NCBI GenBank assembly: GCA_011364985.1
Contig: RDOC01000001.1
Span: 347,124 to 411,123, forward strand
DNA length: 64,000 nucleotides
From: Candidatus Thorarchaeota archaeon
GTDB lineage: Archaea; Asgardarchaeota; Thorarchaeia; Thorarchaeales; Thorarchaeaceae
Direction of reading: 5' to 3'
Below, one piece after another: positions 36,719 to 46,377 of the stretch (within the stretch, counting starts at the first letter, position 1; each line of letters begins with the position of its first letter). A program made the position numbers and the translations under genes. The notes below the pieces were generated by a model. The model saw only the letters and a list, made by a program, of their open reading frames with translations, did no database searches and had not been told where the DNA came from.

Positions 36719-37632
36719 TGTCGGCGGTTAAGTACTTCATAGACCTGAATTCAAAGAAGCTGAAGATTGACGAGTTCTTAGCAAGAGAGTTGAATTCCGC
36801 GGGCTATGGCGGTGTTGATATTCGGAAAATGCCAATGCGAACCGAAGTCGTCATTCAGGCTTCCAGACCAGGAGTCGTTATTGGTCGACGTGGATCAAAG
36901 ATCAGGGAACTTTCGGAGATTCTTGAAGCGGAGTTTGATATTGGAAACGTGCAAGTAGAGGTTGCAGAAATCGAGAACCCATGGCTGAATGCACAAGTCA
37001 TGGCATCAAGATTGGCTAGACAGCTTGAACGTGGTGTTCGATTTCGAAGGATGGCATACTGGATTCTCAGACGGGTCATGCGAGCAGGAGCTATAGGATG
37101 CGAAATCATCGTAAAGGGCAAGCTCTCAAGTCGAAGAGCCCGCTATCAGAAGTTCAAGCAGGCAACTGTGTCCAAGACTGGAGAACCATCAGATCTGTTT
37201 GTTGATGAGGCTGACGATAGAGCGATTCTGAAGCCTGGGGTCATTGGCATAAAGGTGAGAATCATGCGACCCGACGCTAGACTCCCAGGAATTGTAGCTG
37301 TCAAAAGGCCAAAGCCGAAGGAGGCTGAGGCTCTGCAACTTGTAAAGCGTCCAGATGAGGAAATGGAAGTCGAAGATGTTGAGGCAGCTGTGGATGAGGA
37401 GCTAGAGGGAATCACAGACCTCGAAGAACTCAGAGAGCTCGAAGAGCTTGACGGACTGGAATTGGTCGAAGGAATATCAGATAGGCACGAAGAAGAGCCA
37501 GCTCACGAGCCCGAGCTCACCGAAAAGATTGAGGATTCCGAGGAAGTCGAGAATGCGCCAACCCCAGAGGAAACACAGGACGCTCTCAAAGAGCTGGACG
37601 AACTTGATGATCTAGATGAGGGAGACGAATAA
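36718..37632 (+). CDS. rps3: ribosomal protein uS3 with long acidic C-terminal tail
   Basis: KH domain and S3 core (VVIGRRGSKIRELSE, GCEIIVKGKL), then an E/D-rich extension of about 100 aa. Confidence 0.9.
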   Translation: MSAVKYFIDLNSKKLKIDEFLARELNSAGYGGVDIRKMPMRTEVVIQASRPGVVIGRRGSKIRELSEILEAEFDIGNVQVEVAEIENPWLNAQVMASRLARQLERGVRFRRMAYWILRRVMRAGAIGCEIIVKGKLSSRRARYQKFKQATVSKTGEPSDLFVDEADDRAILKPGVIGIKVRIMRPDARLPGIVAVKRPKPKEAEALQLVKRPDEEMEVEDVEAAVDEELEGITDLEELRELEELDGLELVEGISDRHEEEPAHEPELTEKIEDSEEVENAPTPEETQDALKELDELDDLDEGDE

Positions 37633-37634
37633 AA

Positions 37635-37841
37635 ATGCCTCAGCTTACAGCCAAGGATATTCGCAAATTAACATCGGCAGAACGTGAGAAGCGGCTAAAC
37701 GAGCTCTATAATGAGCTCTCTGAGATTAGGATACAGATGGCCACTGGCGGTGCAACTGAGAATCCCTATAGGATTCGTTACGTTAAACGGGCGATAGCTC
37801 GAATCTTAACAATCCAGAAGGAAATGGAGAGTGAGGTCTAG
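37635..37841 (+). CDS. rpl29: ribosomal protein uL29
   Basis: 68 aa, KDIRKLTSAEREKRLNELYNEL pattern. Confidence 0.9.
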   Translation: MPQLTAKDIRKLTSAEREKRLNELYNELSEIRIQMATGGATENPYRIRYVKRAIARILTIQKEMESEV

Positions 37842-37842
37842 A

Positions 37843-38127
37843 ATGGAGATTTCGCCAATGAATCTGCTCAATCATGAACTGATTGGACTTCAGACGGAAG
37901 TTATTCGCTCCAGTGATCCGGGCCTAGTATCACGATCAGGCACGATAGTAGACGAAAGCCGAGAGACCATTCTGCTCTCAACTACTGACGGAGCACTCAT
38001 GCTTCCAAAAGCAAATTGCACATTCGATGTACATCTGCCCAATGGCGATGTCATACGCTTGGATGGGCAGTTGCTTCAAGGTACACCGGAAGACCGCTTG
38101 AAGAAACATCGGTTAAGGAGATGGTAG
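37843..38127 (+). CDS. rnp1: RNase P protein component 1 (Rpp29/Pop4)
   Basis: LIGLQTEVIRSSDPGLVSRSGTIVDESRETILL pattern, in the conserved position between uL29 and uS17. Confidence 0.8.
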   Translation: MEISPMNLLNHELIGLQTEVIRSSDPGLVSRSGTIVDESRETILLSTTDGALMLPKANCTFDVHLPNGDVIRLDGQLLQGTPEDRLKKHRLRRW

Positions 38128-38129
38128 TT

Positions 38130-38495
38130 ATGGCCAAGGAAGCAACGAAAGTTCGGAATATTGGGATTCCAAATGTGGAGACCCCAGAAAGGACTTGTGA
38201 TGATGAGAACTGCCCGTTCCATGGCAATCTTCCTGTTCGCGGAAGAATTCTGGAAGGCTTAGTGACAAGTGTGAAAATGCATAAGGCGATTACCTTTCAA
38301 ACTGACTACTTCAGCCTTGTAAAGAAATACTCACGTTATGAGAGACGTCGGTCGAAGAAACATGCATATCTTCCGCCCTGCATTGACGTGACTGTCGGGG
38401 ACTTCGTAAAGGTAGTTGAATGTAGACCACTAAGCAAGACCATTTCATTTGTGGTAGTGTCAGTTACAAAAGCAGATACCGACGTGGAGGAGTAA
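38130..38495 (+). CDS. rps17: ribosomal protein uS17
   Basis: CDDENCPFHGNLPVRGRILEGLVTSVKMHKAI. ATG 38130 lies right after the Rpp29 stop. Confidence 0.9.
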   Translation: MAKEATKVRNIGIPNVETPERTCDDENCPFHGNLPVRGRILEGLVTSVKMHKAITFQTDYFSLVKKYSRYERRRSKKHAYLPPCIDVTVGDFVKVVECRPLSKTISFVVVSVTKADTDVEE

Positions 38496-38498
38496 GAA

Positions 38499-38921
38499 AT
38501 GTCCAGAAAGGTTGGAAGAGGTATTCGTAAGTTTATCCCAAGGATTGCACGTGGCCTTCCCGTGGGTGCTAAAGTTCTCTGTGCTGATAATTCTGGTGCA
38601 AGGGAGCTTCAAATCATCACAGTTTTTGGATACAAAGGGAACCTGAGGAAGGTCGGGAAGGCAGGAGTTGGTGACAGAGTCAATGTGGCAGTCACAAAGG
38701 GAAAGCAGGAACTCAGAAAGCAAGTGCTCCAGGCAGTCGTTGTTAGGCAGAGAAAGCCCTATCGTCGCCCTGATGGAACTTGGATGCAGTTCGAAGACAA
38801 CGCGGCTGTTCTGATCAAGCCTGGTGGTGAGCCACAGGGTTCAGAGTTGCGAGGACCAATGGCGAGAGAAGTCACTCTCAAGTGGCCCAGGGTCGCTGCG
38901 ATAGCATCAAAGATAGTATGA
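38499..38921 (+). CDS. rpl14: ribosomal protein uL14
   Basis: LPVGAKVLCADNSGARELQII ... typical L14. Confidence 0.9.
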   Translation: MSRKVGRGIRKFIPRIARGLPVGAKVLCADNSGARELQIITVFGYKGNLRKVGKAGVGDRVNVAVTKGKQELRKQVLQAVVVRQRKPYRRPDGTWMQFEDNAAVLIKPGGEPQGSELRGPMAREVTLKWPRVAAIASKIV

Positions 38922-38932
38922 GGTTCAGGAAG

Positions 38933-39316
38933 ATGACAAAGAAACCGAGCTCCAAGTCTCCAAGAAAACAGCGGCGGAGAATCAAGGGTCCAATTCATTC
39001 GCACAAGAAGATGTTGAAATGCAGAATGGACGAGTTCCTTCATGAAGAATATGGCATTAGGTCTCTCGTACCAAAGAAGGGAGACCTCGTTCGAATAATG
39101 CGCGGTCAGTTCAGAGACACAGAGGGAAAGATAGTTGGAATAAACTATAGCAAAGTCAAGATTTACGTTGAGAACGCTACGACAACAAAGGCGGATGGCA
39201 AGGAAGCTCAGGTTCCAGTGCATCCCTCCAACTTGATGCTCGTTAAGCTTGAACTTGATGATGATCGCAAAAGAATACTTGAGAAGAAGATGATTGGAAT
39301 GGCGGAGAGTGAATAG
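38933..39316 (+). CDS. rpl24: ribosomal protein uL24
   Basis: SPRKQRRR..., KOW motif KKGDLVRIMRGQFRDTEGKIV. GAGGT lies 8 nt upstream. An alternative ATG at 38918 overlaps the uL14 stop. Confidence 0.85.
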   Translation: MTKKPSSKSPRKQRRRIKGPIHSHKKMLKCRMDEFLHEEYGIRSLVPKKGDLVRIMRGQFRDTEGKIVGINYSKVKIYVENATTTKADGKEAQVPVHPSNLMLVKLELDDDRKRILEKKMIGMAESE

Positions 39317-40072
39317 ATGGCGCGAAGAGGTCAGAAGAAGCATCTGAAAAGACTGCCAGCGCCAAGGTACTGGCCAATTAAGAGGAAACATGGGAAATTC
39401 GCCACAAAACCGAGTCCAGGGCCACATGCCAAGGAAGACTGTCTTCCTCTTGCAATTCTCCTTAGAGAGGTTCTAGGCTACGCGGAGAATATGCGCGAGG
39501 TCAAATCAATTCTATCAACAGGACAGGTATTCGTAGATGGACGGCCTCGGAAGGATCCGAGGTATCCGGTTGGAATGATGGACGTCGTTGAAATCAGGAA
39601 TTCAGGGGAACGTTTCAGACTCTTGCCGAAGATTCGTGGAGGACTTCGACTTGTGTCAATTGATGAGAAGGAGTCATCATACAAGCTTTGCCGCGTGGAG
39701 AAGAAAATGATGATTCAGGGAGGGAAGCTCCAAATGACCCTCCACGACGGGCGTAATCTATTGCTTCCAGAAGGGACCAAGCCATCTGATTTCAGAACCT
39801 TGGACTCTGTCAAAATCGCAATCCCGTCACAGAAATACGAAAAATCCATCGCTCTTGAAAAAGGAGCATATGCAGTTGTAAGTCAAGGAAAGAACATCGG
39901 AATCGAAGGAAAGATCTTGGAAATTGAGAAACGTTTCGGGACAAATGCAAGTACCGTCACAATCCAAGACAATGAAGGAACCCAGTTCCAAACGGCTCTC
40001 GAGTACGTCTTTGTTCTAGGAAAGAACAAGCCGGAACTGGATACGGGCTCCGCTGGAGGTGCTGCTGAATGA
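39317..40072 (+). CDS. rps4e: ribosomal protein eS4
   Basis: MARRGQKKHLKRLPAPRYWPI..., S4 and KOW regions. Confidence 0.9.
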   Translation: MARRGQKKHLKRLPAPRYWPIKRKHGKFATKPSPGPHAKEDCLPLAILLREVLGYAENMREVKSILSTGQVFVDGRPRKDPRYPVGMMDVVEIRNSGERFRLLPKIRGGLRLVSIDEKESSYKLCRVEKKMMIQGGKLQMTLHDGRNLLLPEGTKPSDFRTLDSVKIAIPSQKYEKSIALEKGAYAVVSQGKNIGIEGKILEIEKRFGTNASTVTIQDNEGTQFQTALEYVFVLGKNKPELDTGSAGGAAE

Positions 40073-40647
40073 TAGATTTACCCAATGAGCGCCTCTTCAA
40101 GGCAGATTGGGAGCACAACCCCATGAGAAAGCCCTTCGTGGCCAAGGTGGTCGTAGACATTTGCACTGGCGGAGGAGAACCTCTAAGCCGTGCATCGACA
40201 ATTCTTGAAGAGCTGACGGGACAAATCCCAACGCAATCAAGGGCGCGCCAAACTGTTAGAGACTTTGGCATTCGAAGAAAGGAGCCCATTGCTGTTAGAG
40301 TAACTCTTCGTGATGAGAAGGCAGAAGACTTTCTATCAAGAGCTCTACAGGCCAAGGAGAAAATCCTCTTGGTACGTAATTGGGATGATGATGGCAACTT
40401 CGCCTTTGGAATCAGTGAGCACATCGATATTCCTGGTGTGAAATACGATCCTCAATTGGGCATCCAAGGTATGAACATCACGGTATGTGTAGAACGACCT
40501 GGTTACAGGGTAAAACGCAGACGACGAAGAAGAACAAAAATACCTTACAGACATAGATTAACTCCTGAGGAGAGCATGGCGTTCATAGCGGAGAGATTTG
40601 ATGTTGAAATCCTCGAGAAGGAGCGTGAGCGAACCTATCTGTTTTGA
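40069..40647 (+). CDS. rpl5: ribosomal protein uL5
   Basis: NPMRKPFVAKVVVDICTG ... typical L5. ATGA overlap with eS4. Confidence 0.9.
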   Translation: MIDLPNERLFKADWEHNPMRKPFVAKVVVDICTGGGEPLSRASTILEELTGQIPTQSRARQTVRDFGIRRKEPIAVRVTLRDEKAEDFLSRALQAKEKILLVRNWDDDGNFAFGISEHIDIPGVKYDPQLGIQGMNITVCVERPGYRVKRRRRRRTKIPYRHRLTPEESMAFIAERFDVEILEKERERTYLF

Positions 40648-40656
40648 GGTGAGACG

Positions 40657-40827
40657 ATGAGCGGCAAGAAAGAGCGAACAAAGCGGCGAAAGAAGATGGG
40701 TAAGGGAAGCAGAACGTGCACCCGATGTGGTACGCACCAAGCAATAATCCGCTCCTATGGGCTGAATATGTGCAGACGCTGTTTTAGAGAAACAGCTGAG
40801 AAGCTAGGATTCCGCAAGTATAGTTAG
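40657..40827 (+). CDS. rps14: ribosomal protein uS14 (zinc type, 56 aa)
   Basis: Not in the ORF track because it is under 60 aa. The translation is [56 protein letters not shown]. It holds the conserved position between uL5 and uS8. Confidence 0.85.
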   Translation: MSGKKERTKRRKKMGKGSRTCTRCGTHQAIIRSYGLNMCRRCFRETAEKLGFRKYS

Positions 40828-40843
40828 AGGAGGCAGGTGAAGA

Positions 40844-41236
40844 ATGACACTACTAGATCCCCTTGCTGATGCAATGTCTAGCATCTACAATAGCGAAGTT
40901 GTTGGTAAGCCAGAGGTAATCATAGAGCCAGCATCCAATCTCATAGAAAAGGTGCTGAGAGTCATGCAAGTTCAAGGCTACATTGGGGAATTTGAACACA
41001 TTGACGATGGAAAGGCCGGACGGTTTCGCATACAGCTAATGGGACGGACCAATAAATGCGGAGTCATCAAACCAAGGTATCCAGTGAGACGTGATGGATT
41101 CGAATCTTTCGAGAAGAGATACCTTCCGGCCTACAACTTCGGAGTCCTAATTGTCACGACACCGCAAGGAGTAATGACACATAACGAAGCAAAGAAACTG
41201 GGAATAGGGGGCAGACTTCTGGCCTATGTGTATTGA
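40844..41236 (+). CDS. rps8: ribosomal protein uS8
   Basis: [14 protein letters not shown] ... typical S8. Confidence 0.9.
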   Translation: MTLLDPLADAMSSIYNSEVVGKPEVIIEPASNLIEKVLRVMQVQGYIGEFEHIDDGKAGRFRIQLMGRTNKCGVIKPRYPVRRDGFESFEKRYLPAYNFGVLIVTTPQGVMTHNEAKKLGIGGRLLAYVY

Positions 41237-41250
41237 AAGGTGAACTGACG

Positions 41251-41814
41251 ATGTCTAAGGGAGCAGTATATGAGAAACGCATTGAAATCCCAAGTGACTG
41301 CCAAGTCACATTAGAAGATAGAACCTTCACCGTCAGTGGACCGAAGGGGACGTTGTCCAGAACATTCCCAGAGCCACAGACCACATTCACGATTGAAGGA
41401 AACGAAATCGTTGCATCTACAGAAATCAGCAGAAAAAGATCAAAGGCCCTCGTGGGCACTGCCTTGGCACACTTGCGAAACCTGTTTGTTGGAGTGCAAT
41501 TTGGCTACACTTATGAAATGAAGATTGTATACAGCCATTTTCCAATAACAGTAGAGGTCAAGGATAACGAATTGCTGATCAAGAATTTCATTGGTGAGCG
41601 GGGCATCCGTAAAGCTAAGCTGATCGGAGACGTCGACGTGAAGGTAACTGAGGATGAAGTAATCATTGATGGAATCGATATAGAGCATGTGTCGCAAAGT
41701 GCGGCAAACATCCAACTTGCCACGAAGATTCGCGATAAAGACAGACGTGTCTTCATGGACGGCATCTATGTCATAAAGAAGAGAAAGGGTGAATCTGTTA
41801 AGTCCATCGTCTAG
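41251..41814 (+). CDS. rpl6: ribosomal protein uL6
   Basis: Typical duplicated L6 fold sequence. First ATG after the uS8 stop; the track ORF starts at an overlapping TTG (41233). Confidence 0.9.
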   Translation: MSKGAVYEKRIEIPSDCQVTLEDRTFTVSGPKGTLSRTFPEPQTTFTIEGNEIVASTEISRKRSKALVGTALAHLRNLFVGVQFGYTYEMKIVYSHFPITVEVKDNELLIKNFIGERGIRKAKLIGDVDVKVTEDEVIIDGIDIEHVSQSAANIQLATKIRDKDRRVFMDGIYVIKKRKGESVKSIV

Positions 41815-41827
41815 GGAGGCATGATTG

Positions 41828-42814
41828 ATGTCAAAGAAACCAAAACTAACGGATATCTCAGGGCTGGGTCCAAAGACAAGGGAGGCTCTTGCAGAGGCAG
41901 GCATTAAGACAGTCGATAAGCTGTCTAAAGCAGACCCGGTTAAGCTGGCTGCAAGAGTTGACGGACTCGGTGAAGCCCAGGCTAGCAAATTCATTGAAGC
42001 CGCTCAAAAGCTTGCGACGCCTCAGAAGACTGAAAAGAAAGCTGAGAAAAAAACACCAATGAAGACTGAGAAGAAGCCAAAGAAAGAGACGGTCAAGGAG
42101 GACAAGCCGGAACTAACCGATATATCTGGACTAGGCCCAAAGACAAGGGAGGCTCTTGCAGAGGCCGGTATTGTGGCAGTTGGTGATCTTTCTAAAGCAG
42201 ACCCTGAAAGGCTGGCTGCAGAGGTGGACGGACTCGGTGAGGCCCAAGCAAGCAAATTCATTGAAGCCGCTCAGCAACTGGAACCAGTCAAGAAGAAGGA
42301 AGAGCCTAGCGAAAAGCCGAAGAAAAAACGGAAGAAGAAGGCTACCAAGGCGAAGCCCGAGATTCCAAAAAGGGACACCTTGATTGACCAAAGGCTCCTT
42401 CGAATTGCAAAGGAGAAAAGGCGGCGCCAACCCAGCTTCAAGCACGAACAGGCACATCGCTGGAAGAGAGTGAGTGATTCTTGGAGGAAAATCCGAGGAA
42501 TCGATAGCGCCACCAGAGAGAAGATGAAAGGAAGAATTGCTATGGTTTCCCCAGGATATCGGAAGCCCAAGGCAGTTCGCGGACTGCATCCATCGAGGTT
42601 TGTGGAGATGCCGGTACACCGACCTGACGATCTGAAGAGTCTGGATCCTGAAATCCATGCCGTGCGAATCGGTTCAACGGTGGGAATGAAAAAGCGTCAG
42701 GAGATTATCCGAAAGGCAGACACAATGCTTCTCAGAGTGTTGAATCCTGGAGCACCAGAGGCTGTAGATGAGGCGGACCTCTTCACAGACCTAGAAGAAT
42801 TGGAGGTCGACTAG
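41828..42814 (+). CDS. rpl32e: ribosomal protein eL32 fused to an N-terminal tandem pair of helix-hairpin-helix modules
   Basis: The C-terminal ~130 aa is the eL32 core (RRRQPSFKHEQAHRWKRV..WRKIRGIDS..GYRKPKAVRGLHPS). The N-terminus carries two ~60-aa copies of LTDISGLGPKTREALAEAGI...DGLGEAQASKFIEAAQ joined by K/E-rich linkers. Confidence 0.85.
   Translation: MSKKPKLTDISGLGPKTREALAEAGIKTVDKLSKADPVKLAARVDGLGEAQASKFIEAAQKLATPQKTEKKAEKKTPMKTEKKPKKETVKEDKPELTDISGLGPKTREALAEAGIVAVGDLSKADPERLAAEVDGLGEAQASKFIEAAQQLEPVKKKEEPSEKPKKKRKKKATKAKPEIPKRDTLIDQRLLRIAKEKRRRQPSFKHEQAHRWKRVSDSWRKIRGIDSATREKMKGRIAMVSPGYRKPKAVRGLHPSRFVEMPVHRPDDLKSLDPEIHAVRIGSTVGMKKRQEIIRKADTMLLRVLNPGAPEAVDEADLFTDLEELEVD
41846..42273 (+). 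repeat. intragenic tandem duplication (two ~161-nt copies, 267-nt period) inside eL32
   Basis: The copies are 41846..42006 and 42113..42273. They share long identical runs, such as ccaaagacaagggaggctcttgcagaggc and agcaaattcattgaagccgctca. Confidence 0.85.
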
Positions 42815-42815
42815 A

Positions 42816-43268
42816 ATGAAGCTTACAACTCAACGGAGACTTGCCGCAGAAGTAATGAAGACTGGCATATCTCGAGTATGGATTGACCCTGAATTCGAGG
42901 ATGAAGTTTCGCTGGCAATTACCAGAGCAGATATCAGAAGGCTTATCGACGAGGGAGCCATTCAGTCAAAACAGAAGACAGGTGTCAGCAGAGGAAGAGC
43001 TCGTCATATTCTCAGTCAGAAGCGAAAAGGACAGAGAGAAGGTCCTGGAAGGAAGAAGGGAAAAGCCACCTCCAAGCTCTCTAAGAAAGAACGCTGGATG
43101 ATGAAAATCCGCCCTATGCGTAAGGAATTACAGAAACTAAGAGATGAGGGGAGAATATCGCCTAGAGTCTATCGAAATCTGTACCTAAAGGCAAAGGGAA
43201 ATGCATTCAGGAACACTGGACATCTTCGCACCTATATATCCGAACGTAAGCTGGAGGTGAAGAAGTGA
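42816..43268 (+). CDS. rpl19e: ribosomal protein eL19
   Basis: [21 protein letters not shown] ... typical L19e. Confidence 0.9.
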   Translation: MKLTTQRRLAAEVMKTGISRVWIDPEFEDEVSLAITRADIRRLIDEGAIQSKQKTGVSRGRARHILSQKRKGQREGPGRKKGKATSKLSKKERWMMKIRPMRKELQKLRDEGRISPRVYRNLYLKAKGNAFRNTGHLRTYISERKLEVKK

Positions 43269-44023
43269 TGGCTCAAGGTCCAACATACCGGGTCAAGTTC
43301 AGACGCAGACGTGAAGGAAAAACAAATTACTACAAGAGACGACGGTTGTTGTTATCCAGAAAACCAAGATTAGTAGTGAGAAAGACAAATAGCAGAACGA
43401 TTGTCCAAGTCATCACAGCAAATGTTGTTGGCGACATGACGATTGCATCAGCGCAGTCAACCGAACTCAAGAAGTATGGATGGGATGCTGGAAGGGCGAA
43501 TCTTCCCGCGGCATATCTGACAGGATTTCTAGCAGGACTTCGTGCCAAGGCAAATGGAATTGATACCGCAGTCTTGGATATTGGGCTGATTCCTCCAGTG
43601 AGAGGTTCGAAAGTCTATGGAGCCCTCAAAGGAGCAATTGATGCTGGAATGGATGTGCCCCATGATGAGGAAATCATTCCCGATGGGGACAGGCTTTCTG
43701 GCAAACACATTGTGGACGCCTTCAAGTATTATACTGATAATCCTGCGGATGGTCATGTTTTTTCGAAACTTGGAAAGAAGAAGACAGCAATAACAACCAT
43801 TCCAAAGCAGTTCGATGCAGTAAAGAAAGCAATGCTTGAGACTCCCAAGACCGATTTGAAGAAGAAGAGCAAGAAAAAGCCCGCGGCAAAGCCAGCTGCT
43901 AAGAAGACCACTAAGAAGGAGAAAAAGCCCAAACTTGAGGAAACACCGCCTAGGGCTGTTCCTCGGAAGCCAAAACCAAAGAAGCTGATATCTCGAGGAA
44001 GAGGTAAGAAAGGGAAGAAGTAG
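43268..44023 (+). CDS. rpl18: ribosomal protein uL18 with Lys/Pro-rich C-terminal extension
   Basis: [25 protein letters not shown] core, plus a [16 protein letters not shown]...PKPKK tail of about 60 aa. Confidence 0.9.
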   Translation: MAQGPTYRVKFRRRREGKTNYYKRRRLLLSRKPRLVVRKTNSRTIVQVITANVVGDMTIASAQSTELKKYGWDAGRANLPAAYLTGFLAGLRAKANGIDTAVLDIGLIPPVRGSKVYGALKGAIDAGMDVPHDEEIIPDGDRLSGKHIVDAFKYYTDNPADGHVFSKLGKKKTAITTIPKQFDAVKKAMLETPKTDLKKKSKKKPAAKPAAKKTTKKEKKPKLEETPPRAVPRKPKPKKLISRGRGKKGKK

Positions 44024-44036
44024 AGGTTGATAAAGA

Positions 44037-44708
44037 ATGAGTAGAAGAAGACGCCGTCAACCAAAACCTGAGATAAGTCCTCTGGACGACTGGGTTCCCA
44101 AAACATCTCTTGGGATGTTGGTGAAAGAGGGGCATATCAACAGCATTGAAGAAATCTTCCGGAACAACTACGTGATTCGAGAGCCAGAGATCATTGACGT
44201 TCTAATACCGGACCTTCGTCAAGAAGTCGTGGATGTGAGCATGGTACAGAGACAGTCTGATAGCGGCCAGCAGAAGAGCTTCAGAATCACTGTTGTTGTT
44301 GGAAATGGAGAAGGAATCATTGGCATTGGTATAGGCAAAGCCGCTGAGTTCGTGCCTGCTGTTCGTGCAGCTGAAGCTCGAGCCAAACTGAATGCAACAG
44401 TATTCAGAAGAGGATGTGGATCTTGGGAATGTAGATGTGGCGAGCCGCATAGCATACCCTTTGAAACAGATGGGGCAGCAGGTTCTGTTAGCGTTACTCT
44501 ACGTCCAGCACCAAAAGGCACTGGTCTCGTGACAGCAGATGTAGGAAAGATTGTCTTGCGAATTGCTGGTTTGAAAGATGTTTGGTCAATAACCAAGGGT
44601 CGATCCAGAACGTCCTCAAATTTCGCTAAGGCATTTGTAGACGCTTTGACACGAACATATAGAGTCCTGCCTCCGCAGGAATGGATGTCATCAGGAGTGT
44701 CTGAGTAA
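44037..44708 (+). CDS. rps5: ribosomal protein uS5
   Basis: dsRBD and S5 C-terminal pattern (FRITVVVGNGEGIIGIGIGKA...). Confidence 0.9.
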   Translation: MSRRRRRQPKPEISPLDDWVPKTSLGMLVKEGHINSIEEIFRNNYVIREPEIIDVLIPDLRQEVVDVSMVQRQSDSGQQKSFRITVVVGNGEGIIGIGIGKAAEFVPAVRAAEARAKLNATVFRRGCGSWECRCGEPHSIPFETDGAAGSVSVTLRPAPKGTGLVTADVGKIVLRIAGLKDVWSITKGRSRTSSNFAKAFVDALTRTYRVLPPQEWMSSGVSE

Positions 44709-45190
44709 TGAGTTCGGAAGGAAGAGTGATACTGGCAATCAGAGTTAGAGGACAGGTGGGAGTTCGACCACAAATAGAAGATACGCTAAATAAACTACTT
44801 CTCGGAAGGCTTCATCAGGCGCGAGTCTTGAAACTCACGCCAAGCATCCTAGGTATGATTACAAAAGTGAAGGATTACATCACTTGGGGAGAAATTGATG
44901 AAGAAACGGCAGTCCTTCTGCTTAATAAACGTGGACGGCTGCCGGGGAACAGAAGGCTCACAGATGCATATGTTAAAAGCAATTCTAGCTATAGAACGAT
45001 TAAGGCTTTTGCAAAAGCAATTGCTGAAGGCAATGCAACGATGAAGGATGTTGCAGAGCTCAAGCCAGTCTTTAGGCTGACTCCACCCAAGAAGGGTTAC
45101 AAAGGAAAGAAGACCCAGCCATTGGCAATGGGCGGGGCAACTGGTGATAGGGGTTCAGAGATAAATGCTCTAGCCCAGAGAATGATTTGA
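44708..45190 (+). CDS. rpl30: ribosomal protein uL30
   Basis: ILAIRVRGQVGVRPQIEDTLNKLLL ... typical archaeal L30. Confidence 0.9.
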   Translation: MSSEGRVILAIRVRGQVGVRPQIEDTLNKLLLGRLHQARVLKLTPSILGMITKVKDYITWGEIDEETAVLLLNKRGRLPGNRRLTDAYVKSNSSYRTIKAFAKAIAEGNATMKDVAELKPVFRLTPPKKGYKGKKTQPLAMGGATGDRGSEINALAQRMI

Positions 45191-45200
45191 GGTGATAGAT

Positions 45201-45746
45201 ATGAGTTGGGATGATGACCCATTCGACACAGATGACCCGAGAAAGGCAATAAGAAAATGGTTTGGCGACTTCCTACCAGAGGGAGTCTTCACTCAAATTG
45301 ACGAGCTAATGGACCAAATGATGCGTGAGATGGAGGAAGGGAGCATGTTTGACATGAAATCGATCGAGGAATTCCTTCGTGAGAATCCACAGGGGACGAA
45401 TCCGTTTGTCTTTGGATTTTCAATGAGAATGGGACCTGATGGCAAACCAGTTATTCAGAGGTTTGGGAATGCCCCTTCACCAGATGGTATTCGGATGACG
45501 CCTGAGCTGGAACCACTTGTTGATGTCATTGAAGAGGGGGATGAGATAGTAGTAGTTGCAGAAATGCCGGGTGTTTCAAATGATGAGATTAAGATCAGAG
45601 TAAAGGGAAAAGAGCTTACAATAAAGGTGGAGAATCCAGAGAAGCCATACAGCAAGACCCTGAACCTGCCAGCTGAAGTAAGCAAAGAGGACGCAAAGTC
45701 CACCATCAGGAACGGTGTTCTTGAGATCCGGTTAAAAAAACAATAG
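45201..45746 (+). CDS. hsp20: small heat-shock protein (Hsp20/alpha-crystallin domain)
   Basis: ACD pattern PLVDVIEEGDEIVVVAEMPGVSNDEIKIRVKGKELTIKV ... LNLPAEVSKEDAKSTIRNGVLEIRLKK. GAGGTGA SD upstream. Lies between uL30 and uL15. Confidence 0.85.
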   Translation: MSWDDDPFDTDDPRKAIRKWFGDFLPEGVFTQIDELMDQMMREMEEGSMFDMKSIEEFLRENPQGTNPFVFGFSMRMGPDGKPVIQRFGNAPSPDGIRMTPELEPLVDVIEEGDEIVVVAEMPGVSNDEIKIRVKGKELTIKVENPEKPYSKTLNLPAEVSKEDAKSTIRNGVLEIRLKKQ

Positions 45747-45757
45747 GGGAGCTATCC

Positions 45758-46210
45758 ATGAAAGAAAAAAGGAAATCTAGGAAGATCAATAAACTTAGAG
45801 GTCAAAGGTCAGCTGGGTATGGATACACTAAGGGTCACAGAGCCTCAGGCCAGAGAGGAGGAAAAGGCAACGCGGGGTCTAAGAAGCACCATTACATAAA
45901 AGTCGTGCAAGAAGACCCAAGGTATTTCGGGAAATGGGGCTTCAAACGCCCTCAAAAGCTCCAAGATAACAAAAGGGCAGTCAATATTGGCGACATAGAC
46001 AAAGCTGCGGACAGGCTTACTGAAGCTGGAAAGGCAACAAAGAAGGGGAAGAAGTACACAATCGATGTTACATCCTTGGATATCGATAAGATACTAGGAT
46101 CAGGAAAAGTCACAAAACCGTTAGATCTCGTAGGAGTCAAAGAATGTTCTAGCCGAGCTCAAGAGAAGATTGTGGCCAAGGGCGGCTCAATCGACATAGC
46201 TGCTGAGTAG
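45758..46210 (+). CDS. rpl15: ribosomal protein uL15
   Basis: KLRGQRSAGYGYTKGHRASGQRGGKGNAG pattern. Confidence 0.9.
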   Translation: MKEKRKSRKINKLRGQRSAGYGYTKGHRASGQRGGKGNAGSKKHHYIKVVQEDPRYFGKWGFKRPQKLQDNKRAVNIGDIDKAADRLTEAGKATKKGKKYTIDVTSLDIDKILGSGKVTKPLDLVGVKECSSRAQEKIVAKGGSIDIAAE

Positions 46211-46377
46211 CGGTCTTGAATCATGAAGAGAAGCAGCAATTCTCCAAGATTTGCGATTCCGCATCAAAGTTGTGAAGACATGGGAATTGAATGCGATTTT
46301 GTGTACTAACCGAACCATTACCTTTAAAGGGTTAGTCAAATCCCAAACCGAGAATACCTGCAGGAGATGTCAATGAT

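Noticed and set aside
38759-44773. Long minus-strand ORFs inside the ribosomal operon (38759..39427 at 222 aa, 41440..41994, 42131..42658, 43753..44106, 44219..44773).
   Set aside because: All are antisense to unmistakable ribosomal-protein genes. They are low-complexity shadows of K/E-rich coding sequence.
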